Positions 38,670 through 49,770 of a stretch of DNA of 64,000 bases are shown here, in pieces. Numbering within the stretch: position 1 is the first letter of the stretch; every line of letters starts with the position of its first letter. The stretch is from contig CM120640.1 of assembly GCA_051362555.1 (NCBI GenBank), positions 46,912,788 to 46,976,787 of the forward strand, written 5' to 3'. This DNA comes from Lingula anatina. Lineage: Eukaryota > Animalia > Brachiopoda. Under the pieces are notes generated by a model. It saw only the letters and a program-made list of their open reading frames with translations. It was not told where the DNA came from and made no database searches. The position numbers were made by a program, and so were the translations under genes.

Positions 38670-40181
38670 CGGTAATTCTCCAATCTATACGAACGCCGCA
38701 ATAATTACGAACGAAACGTTTTTTCTCTGAATCTGAATTTTTTGTCTCCGTTCTGTACAGCGATCGCTAAACCCACCTTGGGCACAATTTAAATTTTCCG
38801 AACGCAAGAAAGTGTGCCCAAGTGAAACTCGCCCCATGATTCGTCAAAGCCAGTTTTCAGACCACCATTCCAAACAAAGGAACTGCCACTTGACAGGAGA
38901 GATTGTTATCATGTAGGCCCTATTTGTTCTGTTTTTGAATGAGACGATAGAAGGACTCAACCTGCCCGCCGGAAGCTGCAGACCAGTTTTAAAACCCTAT
39001 TGTTATTTAGAAATTATTGAAAGCATCAGTACACATAAATTACTTACTGTTTATTATCATTTCTTAACTTCTGCCGGCCGACTGGATCATCAACATCCAC
39101 CATCGGTGTTTCACCGATATCTGGATTCCAGGAAAATCTACAAACGTGAAACCCACGCACAACAGAAGAGTATGAGAAATCCAAAGTCAATGATAAGTTT
39201 TTCATTTGTTTTTGGTAGTCATTTGGAAATTAAATTTTTTAGAGGAGTTCCGTCTTGTATTGTATTTATTTTTCTAATATGAGTTGTGATAAAGTTCATG
39301 CTTTTTTTGTTTGTTTGTTTGTTTTTCCTTGTTAAAGACCTTGTCTCATGAACAACTATTAGGTAAACCTTACTGATATTGGTGATTGTGAAAAATAAAG
39401 GTGCCGTATGACTTTATACAAATTTGCCTGCAGTTTTCTGTATTTTTTCTAATTAAGTTTACATTGATTGCGTGCAAATTAATATGCTGTTAAAGACTTT
39501 CATAATTAGACGTGAATTGAGCTGATGTTATTTTTTATATCAATATAATCTCTATTAACGTCAGTGATATCTACTGTGAGGAGTTTCAAGTATTTTGTTT
39601 TGGCGGAAGAAATTTATGTAGGCCTAATGGGGGGGGGGGGGGGTGACATTATTCATATTGCAAATTTTCTATAGGTGGAATCATATTAAAAGTAAACACG
39701 CAATAAATAAAATATGCAACTGGATACCCAAATATTCTTGTCTGTTTTTGACAGAAGTTGGGAAAAACGATGTTGTCCTGTCTTGGTAAAACAGAACAGG
39801 GAAAAACGATGTTGTCTTGTCTTGGGAGAAATGTACCTCTTTAGTATGAAGAAATTGTTTCTTAACTTTAATTCCCGACTTTTGTTTAGTTTGTTTTAAT
39901 TCATTGCAATATCGCAAGAATAATTTGTTTGTGCTAAAAGCTGATCAAAGTGATTTAAGTTGAAAGTAATGCTTACACTTAGCGATGTAGGTAAGTGGAG
40001 ATAACTTCCGGTACAGCCGTATTCCATTCGTATTTCAATGGATACGAATGCGTGGCAATTTTTAGCAGACTGAATTTCAAGCCTTACGAACAAAATGATT
40101 GTATTTCAAGCCTTACGAACAAAATGATTATCTTCCAAAAATAATTAATTTAAATCGTTCGTATAGATTGGAGAATTACCG
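38670..40181. mobile_element. Non-autonomous TA-target DNA transposon (Tc1/mariner-pogo type)
   Basis: Perfect 26-bp TIR CGGTAATTCTCCAATCTATACGAACG with TA duplication. No transposase ORF. Confidence 0.85.
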
Positions 40182-41099
40182 TATAGACTTATTTTTAATT
40201 TAAAAAAATATATAGATTGGAGAATTACCGTATAGACTTATTTTTAATTTAAAAAAATATAACTCCATTATTGATTACAAACATTTTAAGATGAAAATGG
40301 GGAATAAATTTTAATTTTAAGAAAAATGACAAATGGGTGATGTTAACAGTGGCTATTTAGATATTTTTGCAAGGTGATTCCTTTTCTGAGTGTGAAATAG
40401 TCCCTTACCAAAATTTCCTATAGGATACTACAGGATCCCCATAAAATCCTATAGGAAATTTTATTGGCAGCCCTATAGGAAAAATGTATTAAAACAATAT
40501 ATATTCTCTAGATCTATGTACTCACACAGTACATTTTACATTTGATATATATGTATATATAACCCTGCTTTCAGCAATAGGTAGACCATTCGCACATAGA
40601 CACCAGCATTACGCAGACCAGAATTTTAAGCAGACCGCAGCCAGTCTGCCTTAAAGTTGACCCCCCACAAAAATGTAGAAAATGAAATGTCTTAAAGGGC
40701 GGTCTATATCTATGATCATATTAATCGGTACTACATGACATGTTACATAATCGGGCCAACAGACATGCCATAGGTAGATGGCAGTTTAGATGAACTGTGT
40801 ATTTTGGGCAACTAATCCAAATGTATGACCACACATTCCGAGTTATAAAATTAAAAAAGGCCTCAAAATATAAAATTTCAAATTTAATTAAATTAATATT
40901 CTTAATAACAATAAAACGAAATTTAAAAAGAAGAAAGTTCTGATACAGGAAAAGTAAATGATGCCGATAACAACGTGGCGTTACAAGAGAAGGGTCAGTC
41001 ATTTATGACTAAACCATAAAAATAAATAGGGCTAAAACATCGAACCTGAATATATGAACAATTCAAGTTATGATTGGTGAGTAGAACAAAACTACATAA

Positions 41100-42670
41100 G
41101 AACAAAGCCACACGTCCTTGAAAAAATTGAACAACTTGCCACCCTTGGCAACCCTAAGGCAATTTATGAAGAAATCATACGCGAAGCACCTAGAGAACAG
41201 GACAAGCCCTCAGATATATGACAGGTACAAAACAAACTGCATAAGGCAAATACAAGAAGAGAAGATGTGAACAGTGGTGGATCAAACTTGGCAGCTAATT
41301 TCAACTATCTTCAGTCTCAGATTCATTACAGCAATTTTGTAAGGAAAATTACCCACGAGAACAGTTAAGTTCCAAACAATTATTTGTTATACTGACAATC
41401 AAATTCTGGTCTTGAAACGCTTTTGCTGCACAAGTCCCGTGGCACAATCCACGGTGCTTGGGGTCGACAAGACATACAATTTAGGACAGTGCCATGTGAC
41501 CACTATGGTATTTAAAAACCTTAGTGTTATTAGAAATGGCACTAACAACAACCCAGTATTCCTAGGCCCAATCATTATTCGTGGTAATTCTGATTGGCAA
41601 ACTTTTGCGTCTTTTTTCTCAACTATAGCTATGGAACTAAACGGGGTCTGTCACAACCAGTCATAGGTTCTGACGAAGAAAGAGCTATTAGAAAGGCAGC
41701 AAAATTTAGTTTTCTGGAATCCAAACTTATTTCTTGTCAATGGCATCTAAAACAAAATGTAACCATGCACCTCAGAGACAAATTTGGTGTTTCTATGGAT
41801 GAAAGAAGTAAACTTGTTTCTTTAATATTTGGTAAGGATGGACTTACTGATTCATTAAGCTGGCAAATGTTTGAAAAAAGAAAGGAGGAAGTGGTTGAAT
41901 TAATACAAAACAGTGTCCCAGGCTTTGGAATTTATTTTGAGGAACACATATTACCCATCCTTAAGGACAATCATGACACCATAATGAGCAGACCTGGAGT
42001 GGGACACGGATGGACCAATCAATAACAACTGTGAGTCTCTTAATCACATTCTGAAACTAAGGCTTCATTCACATGCAATGTCTATTTTCCAAATTCTATT
42101 TTCTATTCACGGTATGTCTTAAGATCACGGTCTGTGCCCTGAATATCCCGCGGCGTAATTACTGGCAGCGCGGGCCAGTTACTATAAGTTACTTTAAGTA
42201 ACTGGCTCGCGTTGCCAGTAATTACCCGGCGGGATATTCAGGGCACAGACCATGATCATAAGATAGCGCGAATAGAAAATAGATTTTTAGAAAATAGACA
42301 TTCCATGTGAACGAAGCCTAAGAACTGGTTGGAGACAGCAGGAAATTCCAAAATTAATTGATTCACTGGAGAAACTGGTTTCCCACTGTTATGGGGATTT
42401 AGAAAGGGCATTCATTCAAAGGGGTGAGTTTATACTCTCAGAAGAATATGAAGATTTCCATGTGGAATTTAACGAGTGGGAAAGGAAATCTTCTCAACAA
42501 AGACAGCGGCACTTCAAGAAATTCTTTAGCACCCCCAAGATCCTAAAGCCCATGGTTGCTTCTGAAAATCTCTTCATCCTCCAGGCTCTATTGCGTGGAA
42601 AGAAACCTTGTCAAAGGAAGCAATCTCGGGCCACAAGAACAACCACATTGAAAATAAACACTGTTGGCCT
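41100..42670 (+). pseudogene. Mutator-like (MULE) transposase remnant
   Basis: VLGVDKTYNLG (D), IGSDEERAI (D), CQWHLKQN (CxxH) and NNCESLNHILK (E). Disrupted by stops, frameshifts and a MITE. Confidence 0.75.
42061..42318. mobile_element. Fully palindromic Harbinger-type MITE
   Basis: The whole 258 bp folds back on itself (GGCTTCATTCACATG...CATGTGAACGAAGCC). TAA duplication at 42058 and 42319. Confidence 0.85.
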
Positions 42671-43109
42671 ATTCTGATTACTGGGATTTTTGATATTTTT
42701 TCACATTTGAGCTGCCCTGGCCGAGGTCTGCGTTCACCGAGTGCTGTTCTAGTTCAATATGATACTATAGTATTTTTAGTGGGTAATAATATCCTTAGCC
42801 AAGTGATTTGTTTAGGTTACCTATTAGTTAAAGGTATATCAACCCCTGAAAATTTTTTTGCAATGAGTATTCTATTCAGTTGTTGTCTATTCAGGCCTCT
42901 GTTAGATGTACTAGGAGAAGCATTTTTTTTTTTACATGTATGACAACCAATTTACTTGATGATATTATCTTAATGTTTGGTACATTATTTGATGCAATTT
43001 CCATTCTTTACTTGCAAATTCAGTCTGACATCTTATGATGTGAAACATTTTCCATTTTACTGACATAATTCAGTGATATTGTTTTGTTTCAATGTGTGGC
43101 TGCCTATAG

Positions 43110-43171
<62 letters not shown>

Positions 43172-43727
43172 TGTTTTTTTTCTTTTGGTAAAGTGGTCTC
43201 CCCTTCATAATTGTATTTGCTGCAATATGTCTTTGCTTGCCTTGCATATCAGTCTGACATTAAATGTACTGTGATATATTTAACCATTTTACTGATTTTT
43301 TCTGTTACCTATTAAATTAAGAGAGTATGGCTGCCCATAGAAAAGCATATTTTCTTACTGTATCCATGTTCTCTCTTCAACTAAAGTGCCATGTCTAAGC
43401 CTGCAGTATTTTTGTCCATTCTTTATGTCTATTCTTGTATCTTAGGCTAGTATCTTATGTAGTAAGTTATATACTTTTCCCATTTTAGATGATTGGTGAA
43501 TAACTTGGTGATCATTTATGAATGCATTTTTTTTTTGTAAATGTTTTCCCCCAAATAAAGTGCAAACCCTGTAATATTGTATTTGCTTCAATTTGTCTTC
43601 TTATCTTGCATATACCTCTGATGTACTATGTGATACATTTCACCATTTTTCAGTTACAGACATTAGGTGATATAATTGTTTTTTTGGGGTCAAGTTTTCT
43701 TTTTGTGATGTCCCCCTCTCACCTTAA

Positions 43728-46316
43728 CCCTTTAGCCCTCATACCAGCCGAAACCGCCCGTAATTGCATATCCTCACAACGGCCCAAACCGCCCCATACA
43801 TATCCATGCGGTTAAACGTGTAAATATGCGTAAAACGTCACAACTTTGGGGAAGCCTCGTTCTGACTTGTTCATAAATAAAATGCCTTCCTTCCCTTCAT
43901 ACATTCCACGTGTTATCGATCGATTCTCACCTTTTTTTACCTGTTAATCACGGCGAGTGGAATTGAGCGATAATGAGCGACTCGGATGAGGAAACGGCTG
44001 ATGAATATTTTGCTAGGTTACGTACAGAAGCTAGTACAAGCAGTAGAAGTGGTGTAAATGATTCTGACATTGATGTAAGCTCGGTGCATACATCGGATCT
44101 GAGTGACTTCAGTTGGAGTGATAGTGAAAGTGACACAGGTAGGAGCTCACCTGGCAATGACAGTGACCTGTCAGATGACGATAATAGATGGAGTAATAGA
44201 CTGCGTGATGTTGATTTACATGAATTTAGGCAGCCAGTAGGGCCTGTGCATGATTTAGAATTTGACCACAATCCACTGGATTACTTTTATCTGTTGTTTG
44301 AAAACCAGTTCTTTGATGTCATTACCAACGAAACGAACAGGTATGCAGTTGCTAAGGGACCAGATCCGCGATGGTACCCAGCCACAGTTGAAGAAATCAA
44401 GGCATATTTTGGCATTCAAATATTGATGGGCATTCACCAATTACCTGCATACTGGTGCTACTGGTCTGAAGATGAATACCTGAGAGTAGATGTCATCTCA
44501 AAGATTATGTCCAAAACCAGGTATGAAAAGCTGACTCAGTACATTCATGTCACTGATGACACCAATAACCCACCCCATGGAGAGAATGGTCATGATACTA
44601 TTGCCAAAATAAGACCTCTCTTTGACATGGCAGTTGAAAACTTTCAAAAATCATATGAACCTAGTAGAGAATTGTCAGTTGATGAAGCAATGATTGGTTT
44701 CAAAGGACGTCTGAACTTCAAACAATATATGCCTGGAAAACCCACTAAATGGGGCATCAAGGTGTGGGAGTTAGCAGATTCTGCCACAGGGTATGTACTA
44801 AATATGAAGGTATATACAGGCAAGGATGCCCATGACAACAGAGCAGGCCAGAACCTAGGATACAAGGTTGTAGATTTCCTCACAATACCCTTCCAGAATA
44901 AGTTCCACCATGTCTATTTTGACAATTTCTTCAGTTCGGTCAAGCTCCTAGAACACCTGGAGGAAAATGGCACCTACTCTTGTTCCACAGTAAGGCTAAA
45001 CAGGAAAGGCCTCCCACCAGAAATAAAAAAAGCCAACCCCAAAATCCAAGGAGAGAGCATCAAAATGCAAAAAGGAAATATGCTTGCAGTCGTGTGGTTT
45101 GACAAAAGAAAAGTTGCGCTTTTGGCTACCTGCCAAAATCCAGGTGACATTCAGGTTTTACGTCGACGTGCACGAGATGGTCAACTCCATGGAATAGCCA
45201 AGCCAATTGCAATTATGAAATACAACCAGTTCATGGGTGGTGTTGACTTATCTGACCAAATGAGGGCTTATTATCCAGTAGGACGTGAATCGAAAAAGTG
45301 GTGGAAGTACCTCTTGTGGTTCATTGTTGACCTTTGTGTAATTAACTCATTTATTCTATACCAGGAAACATTACCTGGCCAATTGGATGATGATGATGAG
45401 TGCCCACCCAAACAAAGCCACCTCATGTTCAGGTTGAATGTTGCCAGGACTCTAATTGCTGGTTACAGCAGCAAACAGAAAGCTGGTCGGAAGCGAAAAA
45501 ACACAGTGGAAAATGTGGTTGTAGCCGAAGGGAACATAGGTGCGCACAGGCTCGTTAAGCTTGAAACCAGGAAAAAGGTGTGTGTACAGTGTTCTGCTAG
45601 GCAGAGGAGGACACCAAGTGGCCGTAAGGTGGAGACAACCTTCCAGTGTGTAATCTGTTGCGTGGCACTCTGCAAGTCAGGTTGTTTCACTGAATTTCAC
45701 CATGAACACATGCTTTAGCACACCTGTAATTAGTGGAGCTTACCTGGATCTCCAATTAACTTAAAATGTAACCAGGAACATTATGAATTGTGTACATAGG
45801 CATAAATAACAACACATTTAATCATATTATGTACTTTATTTGAAAACTGCACTTTATTTGAAAACTGCACAATCTTATAACAAGTGAATATATTGCGTAC
45901 ACTATACCTGGCTCGTTAGTCATAACTCATTACTCATCATATGATTGACTTTCATCTATGGAAAGGATACATATGTGGATACTATCTCTGACTGAAGGTA
46001 ATTTGACTGATTGAAGGTAATAAACAGTTTCACATGTACAATTTAATTCAATATAAAGTTCAATTTATGCAAAATTTACCTGTTCTCACCTGTAAATGGT
46101 TAATTAATAGATTGTAAGGTAAGGTATTGCCAAAAAAAACATCACATTTGTGAAGTTCATATAGTTGTTACTAATTGCTGAAAATTTGGTAAACTTTGAT
46201 CAAGAAATAGAGATTTGGTGTTGCTTCAAACATTTTATGTCTGTTTTGGTGAATTTTGCTCAAATAATGCAAGGATACAGCACCGGTGTACCCTGGGTAA
46301 TATGAGGGCGAAAGGG
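43728..46316 (+). mobile_element. Full-length piggyBac transposon (2589 bp)
   Basis: TTAA duplication on both sides; 16-bp TIRs CCCTTTAGCCCTCATA / TATGAGGGCGAAAGGG (1 mismatch); intact transposase ORF. Confidence 0.95.
43973..45718 (+). CDS. piggyBac transposase (PGBD4-like), 581 aa
   Basis: Acidic N-terminus; DDD triad in SVDEAM, YFDNFF and GGVDLSDQ; KPTKWGIK; basic GRKRK; C-terminal Cys-rich domain ending CFTEFH. Confidence 0.95.
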   Translation: MSDSDEETADEYFARLRTEASTSSRSGVNDSDIDVSSVHTSDLSDFSWSDSESDTGRSSPGNDSDLSDDDNRWSNRLRDVDLHEFRQPVGPVHDLEFDHNPLDYFYLLFENQFFDVITNETNRYAVAKGPDPRWYPATVEEIKAYFGIQILMGIHQLPAYWCYWSEDEYLRVDVISKIMSKTRYEKLTQYIHVTDDTNNPPHGENGHDTIAKIRPLFDMAVENFQKSYEPSRELSVDEAMIGFKGRLNFKQYMPGKPTKWGIKVWELADSATGYVLNMKVYTGKDAHDNRAGQNLGYKVVDFLTIPFQNKFHHVYFDNFFSSVKLLEHLEENGTYSCSTVRLNRKGLPPEIKKANPKIQGESIKMQKGNMLAVVWFDKRKVALLATCQNPGDIQVLRRRARDGQLHGIAKPIAIMKYNQFMGGVDLSDQMRAYYPVGRESKKWWKYLLWFIVDLCVINSFILYQETLPGQLDDDDECPPKQSHLMFRLNVARTLIAGYSSKQKAGRKRKNTVENVVVAEGNIGAHRLVKLETRKKVCVQCSARQRRTPSGRKVETTFQCVICCVALCKSGCFTEFHHEHML

Positions 46317-47499
46317 TTAAGTGCTGCAATATTTGTCTTGCCTATTCAGGCTGACATTTGATGCATTTTGTGAAAGCATTCCACATCTAACTGAAATTAT
46401 GCATTGATGCTATGTTATATTTGTAGAGAATATCAGTCCATAGCCAAGAGTTCTTTTTTTTTTCTTGTAAGGATTCTCAAAAGTGCAGTTGTTGACATTT
46501 TATTACTTTATAGAGTAAAAATATCTATAAATATAATTGCTGCATAATTAGATATGATTTCAGTTCTGCACAGTTTTGCACAATTCTTCAGTGAAATAAA
46601 ATGATTGACAACAGATTAAAATACTCGTTTTTATTCTTGTAATTTTTTTTTTTTTTTGATGCTATTTAAAGTTTCAGTTTTATTTATTTGCATCCGAATG
46701 TGCATGACTTTAAAGCTATCCTATTTAAATTTGTGCACTTGTTGTTTTTCAAATAAGATTTTTTTTCATGAAGCATATTCTCTCATTCTGTCTTTTCAAC
46801 ATAAAGCTAAGTACATGATCATGACTATGTGTGGACATGTGTGGACACCAAAGAATTCACGGTACACACTAGTGTAAAGCAATTACATTTAGAGTAACCA
46901 AGATTTGTAACTTCCACATCACTTCAAGTCCAGTAAATTGGGTATCTAAAGAGTGATGGAGATGGCATTTAAAGCATACATTGTTTTTCTCACTTCAAGG
47001 TCACCAGATCCATTAGCAATTTTTTTCCTTTTCTATTTTTAAATAATATACGTACAAAAAATGTGTGCTATCCAGGGATGTGTCCTATGACACTAGAGAG
47101 GGAACAAATTGGACACATGTATAAACAAATAGCACTTTGAATGCCAAACTTTTTTTCGTATATAATTTATCAAGCTAGTGAAAAGAGATTTTAATTTCTT
47201 GCCTAAATGAATTCTGAGATTTCCAGTGATAGGAACTGATGGGGTGGAGGTGGTGGCAGATATGCAAGATAAGGTGTCACATACTTTTTTTCTCAGGGCA
47301 AACTAAGGGGAGATTACATCCAGAAATCCTTTGAAGAAGACTATTTTAACAAGCATTGTAAGGCTCCTTATTATCAGGGTGACGAAACCATCCAGGCTTA
47401 TACCTTCAGGATTTTATCATGGCTGTCCAAAGAACACATGAAGAAGATAAATGGTCACTGAAAATATGAACATCTTTTTCTTTACCTGGTATAGAAGCC

Positions 47500-47702
47500 T
47501 GTAAGGGTCACAACACCAAACAAAACTCACAACACCAAAAACAAAACTCACAACACCACTGAAGTGGGTCAAGTTTGAGTGGTCATCTAGTGCAGACATG
47601 ATATGGTATACATGATACTCAGGTTTGTTTAAAGCGCTCTTTGTTTGGTGTTGTGAGTTTTGTTTTTGGTGTTGGTGTTGTGAGTTTTGTTTTTGGTGTT
47701 GA
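47500..47702. repeat. Inverted array of ~21-bp units (MITE-like)
   Basis: AACAAAACTCACAACACC repeats at left, reverse complements GGTGTTGTGAGTTTTGTT at right. Confidence 0.6.
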
Positions 47703-48052
47703 GTACAGTTGATTCCGGTAAGTAGTAGGACCCGTAAATTATATTTCCTTCGATTCAAGGGCACAAATAGTAAAATGACCAAAGGCATAGAAACAATGCC
47801 CTGGGTTCCAAATGTTTTTTGACAAAACCAAAACAATTGTTAAACTTAAATTTGTCAATGATCCTATTTCACCAGCATGATGTGATATTGAGTTATTTGA
47901 GTTAAGCATTCATCTGCATAGGATTATCAATGGATCTCCAAAAGGAACCAATTAACTTTGCAATAACGTTTTAAAACCAATGCAGCATATTGCAGGCAAC
48001 ATTTATTCATTGCCAGTTTCTTTTGTTGAAATCTCTTCTTACCTCTTTACAG

Positions 48053-48271
48053 ATTGAAACTACCAAAGAACTCAACGTGAAAGGACAACCAACGAAAATG
48101 ACGACAGTAACCGTTCAGGATGAAACAGACACAATTCCTGTGAATTTATGGCGGGAGGCATCCAGTTCCCCTGTAAAGGTCGGCAGTGTGGCAGAGTTTA
48201 AAGGCCAGACCAGTTACAACACATTCGAAAAGAGATTGGTATGCCACGTCAATAAATCCAAAGACATCGAG
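48053..48271 (+). other. RPA/SSB-like OB-fold exon (probable Helentron cargo)
   Basis: 219-nt open exon between a polypyrimidine-CAG acceptor and a GTAAC donor. TVTVQDETDTIPVNLWREA..VKVGSVAEF matches the OB-fold pattern. Confidence 0.6.
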
Positions 48272-49221
48272 GTAACAACTGCTTTTTTTTTCTTTTTTTT
48301 TCCTAATCCATCCGAAACCGTCTTTAAATGTGAAAGAAGTTATTTCAATTAATCACTTCCATATCACTGCACATCCATCCATTAATAATTTTTATTATAT
48401 CATATTAAACCATGCAAAAATGTCAATATCTACTTCAAATTACTAGGTATTAATGTTGTACACAAGTACACCAAAATTCAGTTCATTTCACACTATAATT
48501 GCCCTCCATGCAGCTTAAATTGCAATTTTCATGCAATTTAGCAACTTTCAGTTTTAGGACCAACAAAAATGATGCAAAAAATTATCAAATATACATCTCA
48601 CTGTTTTCATTCATTGTTGTCTTTCCTTTCTAAAACCTCCATACTTAAATATAAAACATACATGCATGATTTTATCCCAACAAGCAAGAATACTAATCAG
48701 TTCTTCTTGAAAAAGAAATGTTTGCTGTATTTGAGAGATTATTTTGTGGCAAAGTTGTATGGAATTTTGTAGGGTGTGTCAATATTTATTTACAATTTTT
48801 TATTTATAATTTTATCTTGAAACAAATTTTGAGGATGCCCAAGATTCCACCACGTAGGACAAGAATTGCCACTCCAATCTTATATGGTTATTCAGTTAAA
48901 AGTACTACTGGATATAGTGGAGCAAAATGTGTTTAGAGCCAATAAGCAACTACCGGGTACTTCTGCCCATCTGAACTTCTACTTCTTGATTTCCTTTGTA
49001 TTAATACCCCCTGTATTTAGATTTTAACATACTAGTATACTTCCACTTGTTATTATGTGTATATTTCTGAATTCCAATCAGCACTGATCTAGACTCTAAC
49101 AGAGTTTGTTTAAGGATAATATATTTTGTGTGTACAGTAAGTAGATGTAAAAACCAGTTTTTGTAAAAATTTTTGAGAAATAAACATTTTAGGTGAAGAT
49201 GACAGCTTGTTTTAATTCCAG

Positions 49222-49770
49222 GTTCTGGTATTTTTGCTACAAGAAAATTTAAACAAGGAGACTCCCTGTTAGAATATTGTGGAGAACTGATTTCTCAGAA
49301 GGAAGCTAAATGGAGAGAGGAATCACTCAAGTATCAACAGTCTAGTCGACACTTATCTTTTTTTTTTGACACATAAAGATAAAATTTTTTTTCTGCAATA
49401 TTCACTATGTTCCAAAGTTTGTGCCAAAGTTAAAAAACAATAATGTTTCCAAATATTTGAAATAAAATGATTAAGATATATATGTTGAAAGAATTATCAT
49501 GCAGTCTTCTCACTTTTCTATTATGTACAAGGCTATTTTTGCTGTTTTTTCAGTCTTGATGCAAAAGAAACTTATTCAAGAGCTGGAAGACTGGTTAACG
49601 ATAGCCCAAAACCACACCCAGTTGTATGTAAAATTACACTGTCAAAAAAAAAAAAAAAAAAAGACCAGCTGCTCCACATTTAAGTGCTTTTTGCTCTTAA
49701 AGAGATCAACATAGGGGATGAAATTGTGTATGATTATGGCGACTCCAAAAGTTTATATTGGAGAAAAAAG
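49222..49770 (+). pseudogene. SET-domain (SETD8/KMT5A-like) methyltransferase, two decayed exons
   Basis: GIFATRKFKQGDSLLEYCGELIS; second exon (49554-49770) AGRLVNDS..LFALKEINIGDEIVYDYG. Poly-A expansion and frameshifts. Confidence 0.75.

Noticed and set aside
49222-49770. Functional host KMT5A gene
   Set aside because: Frameshifts, poly-A expansion, no N-terminal exons, and TE context.
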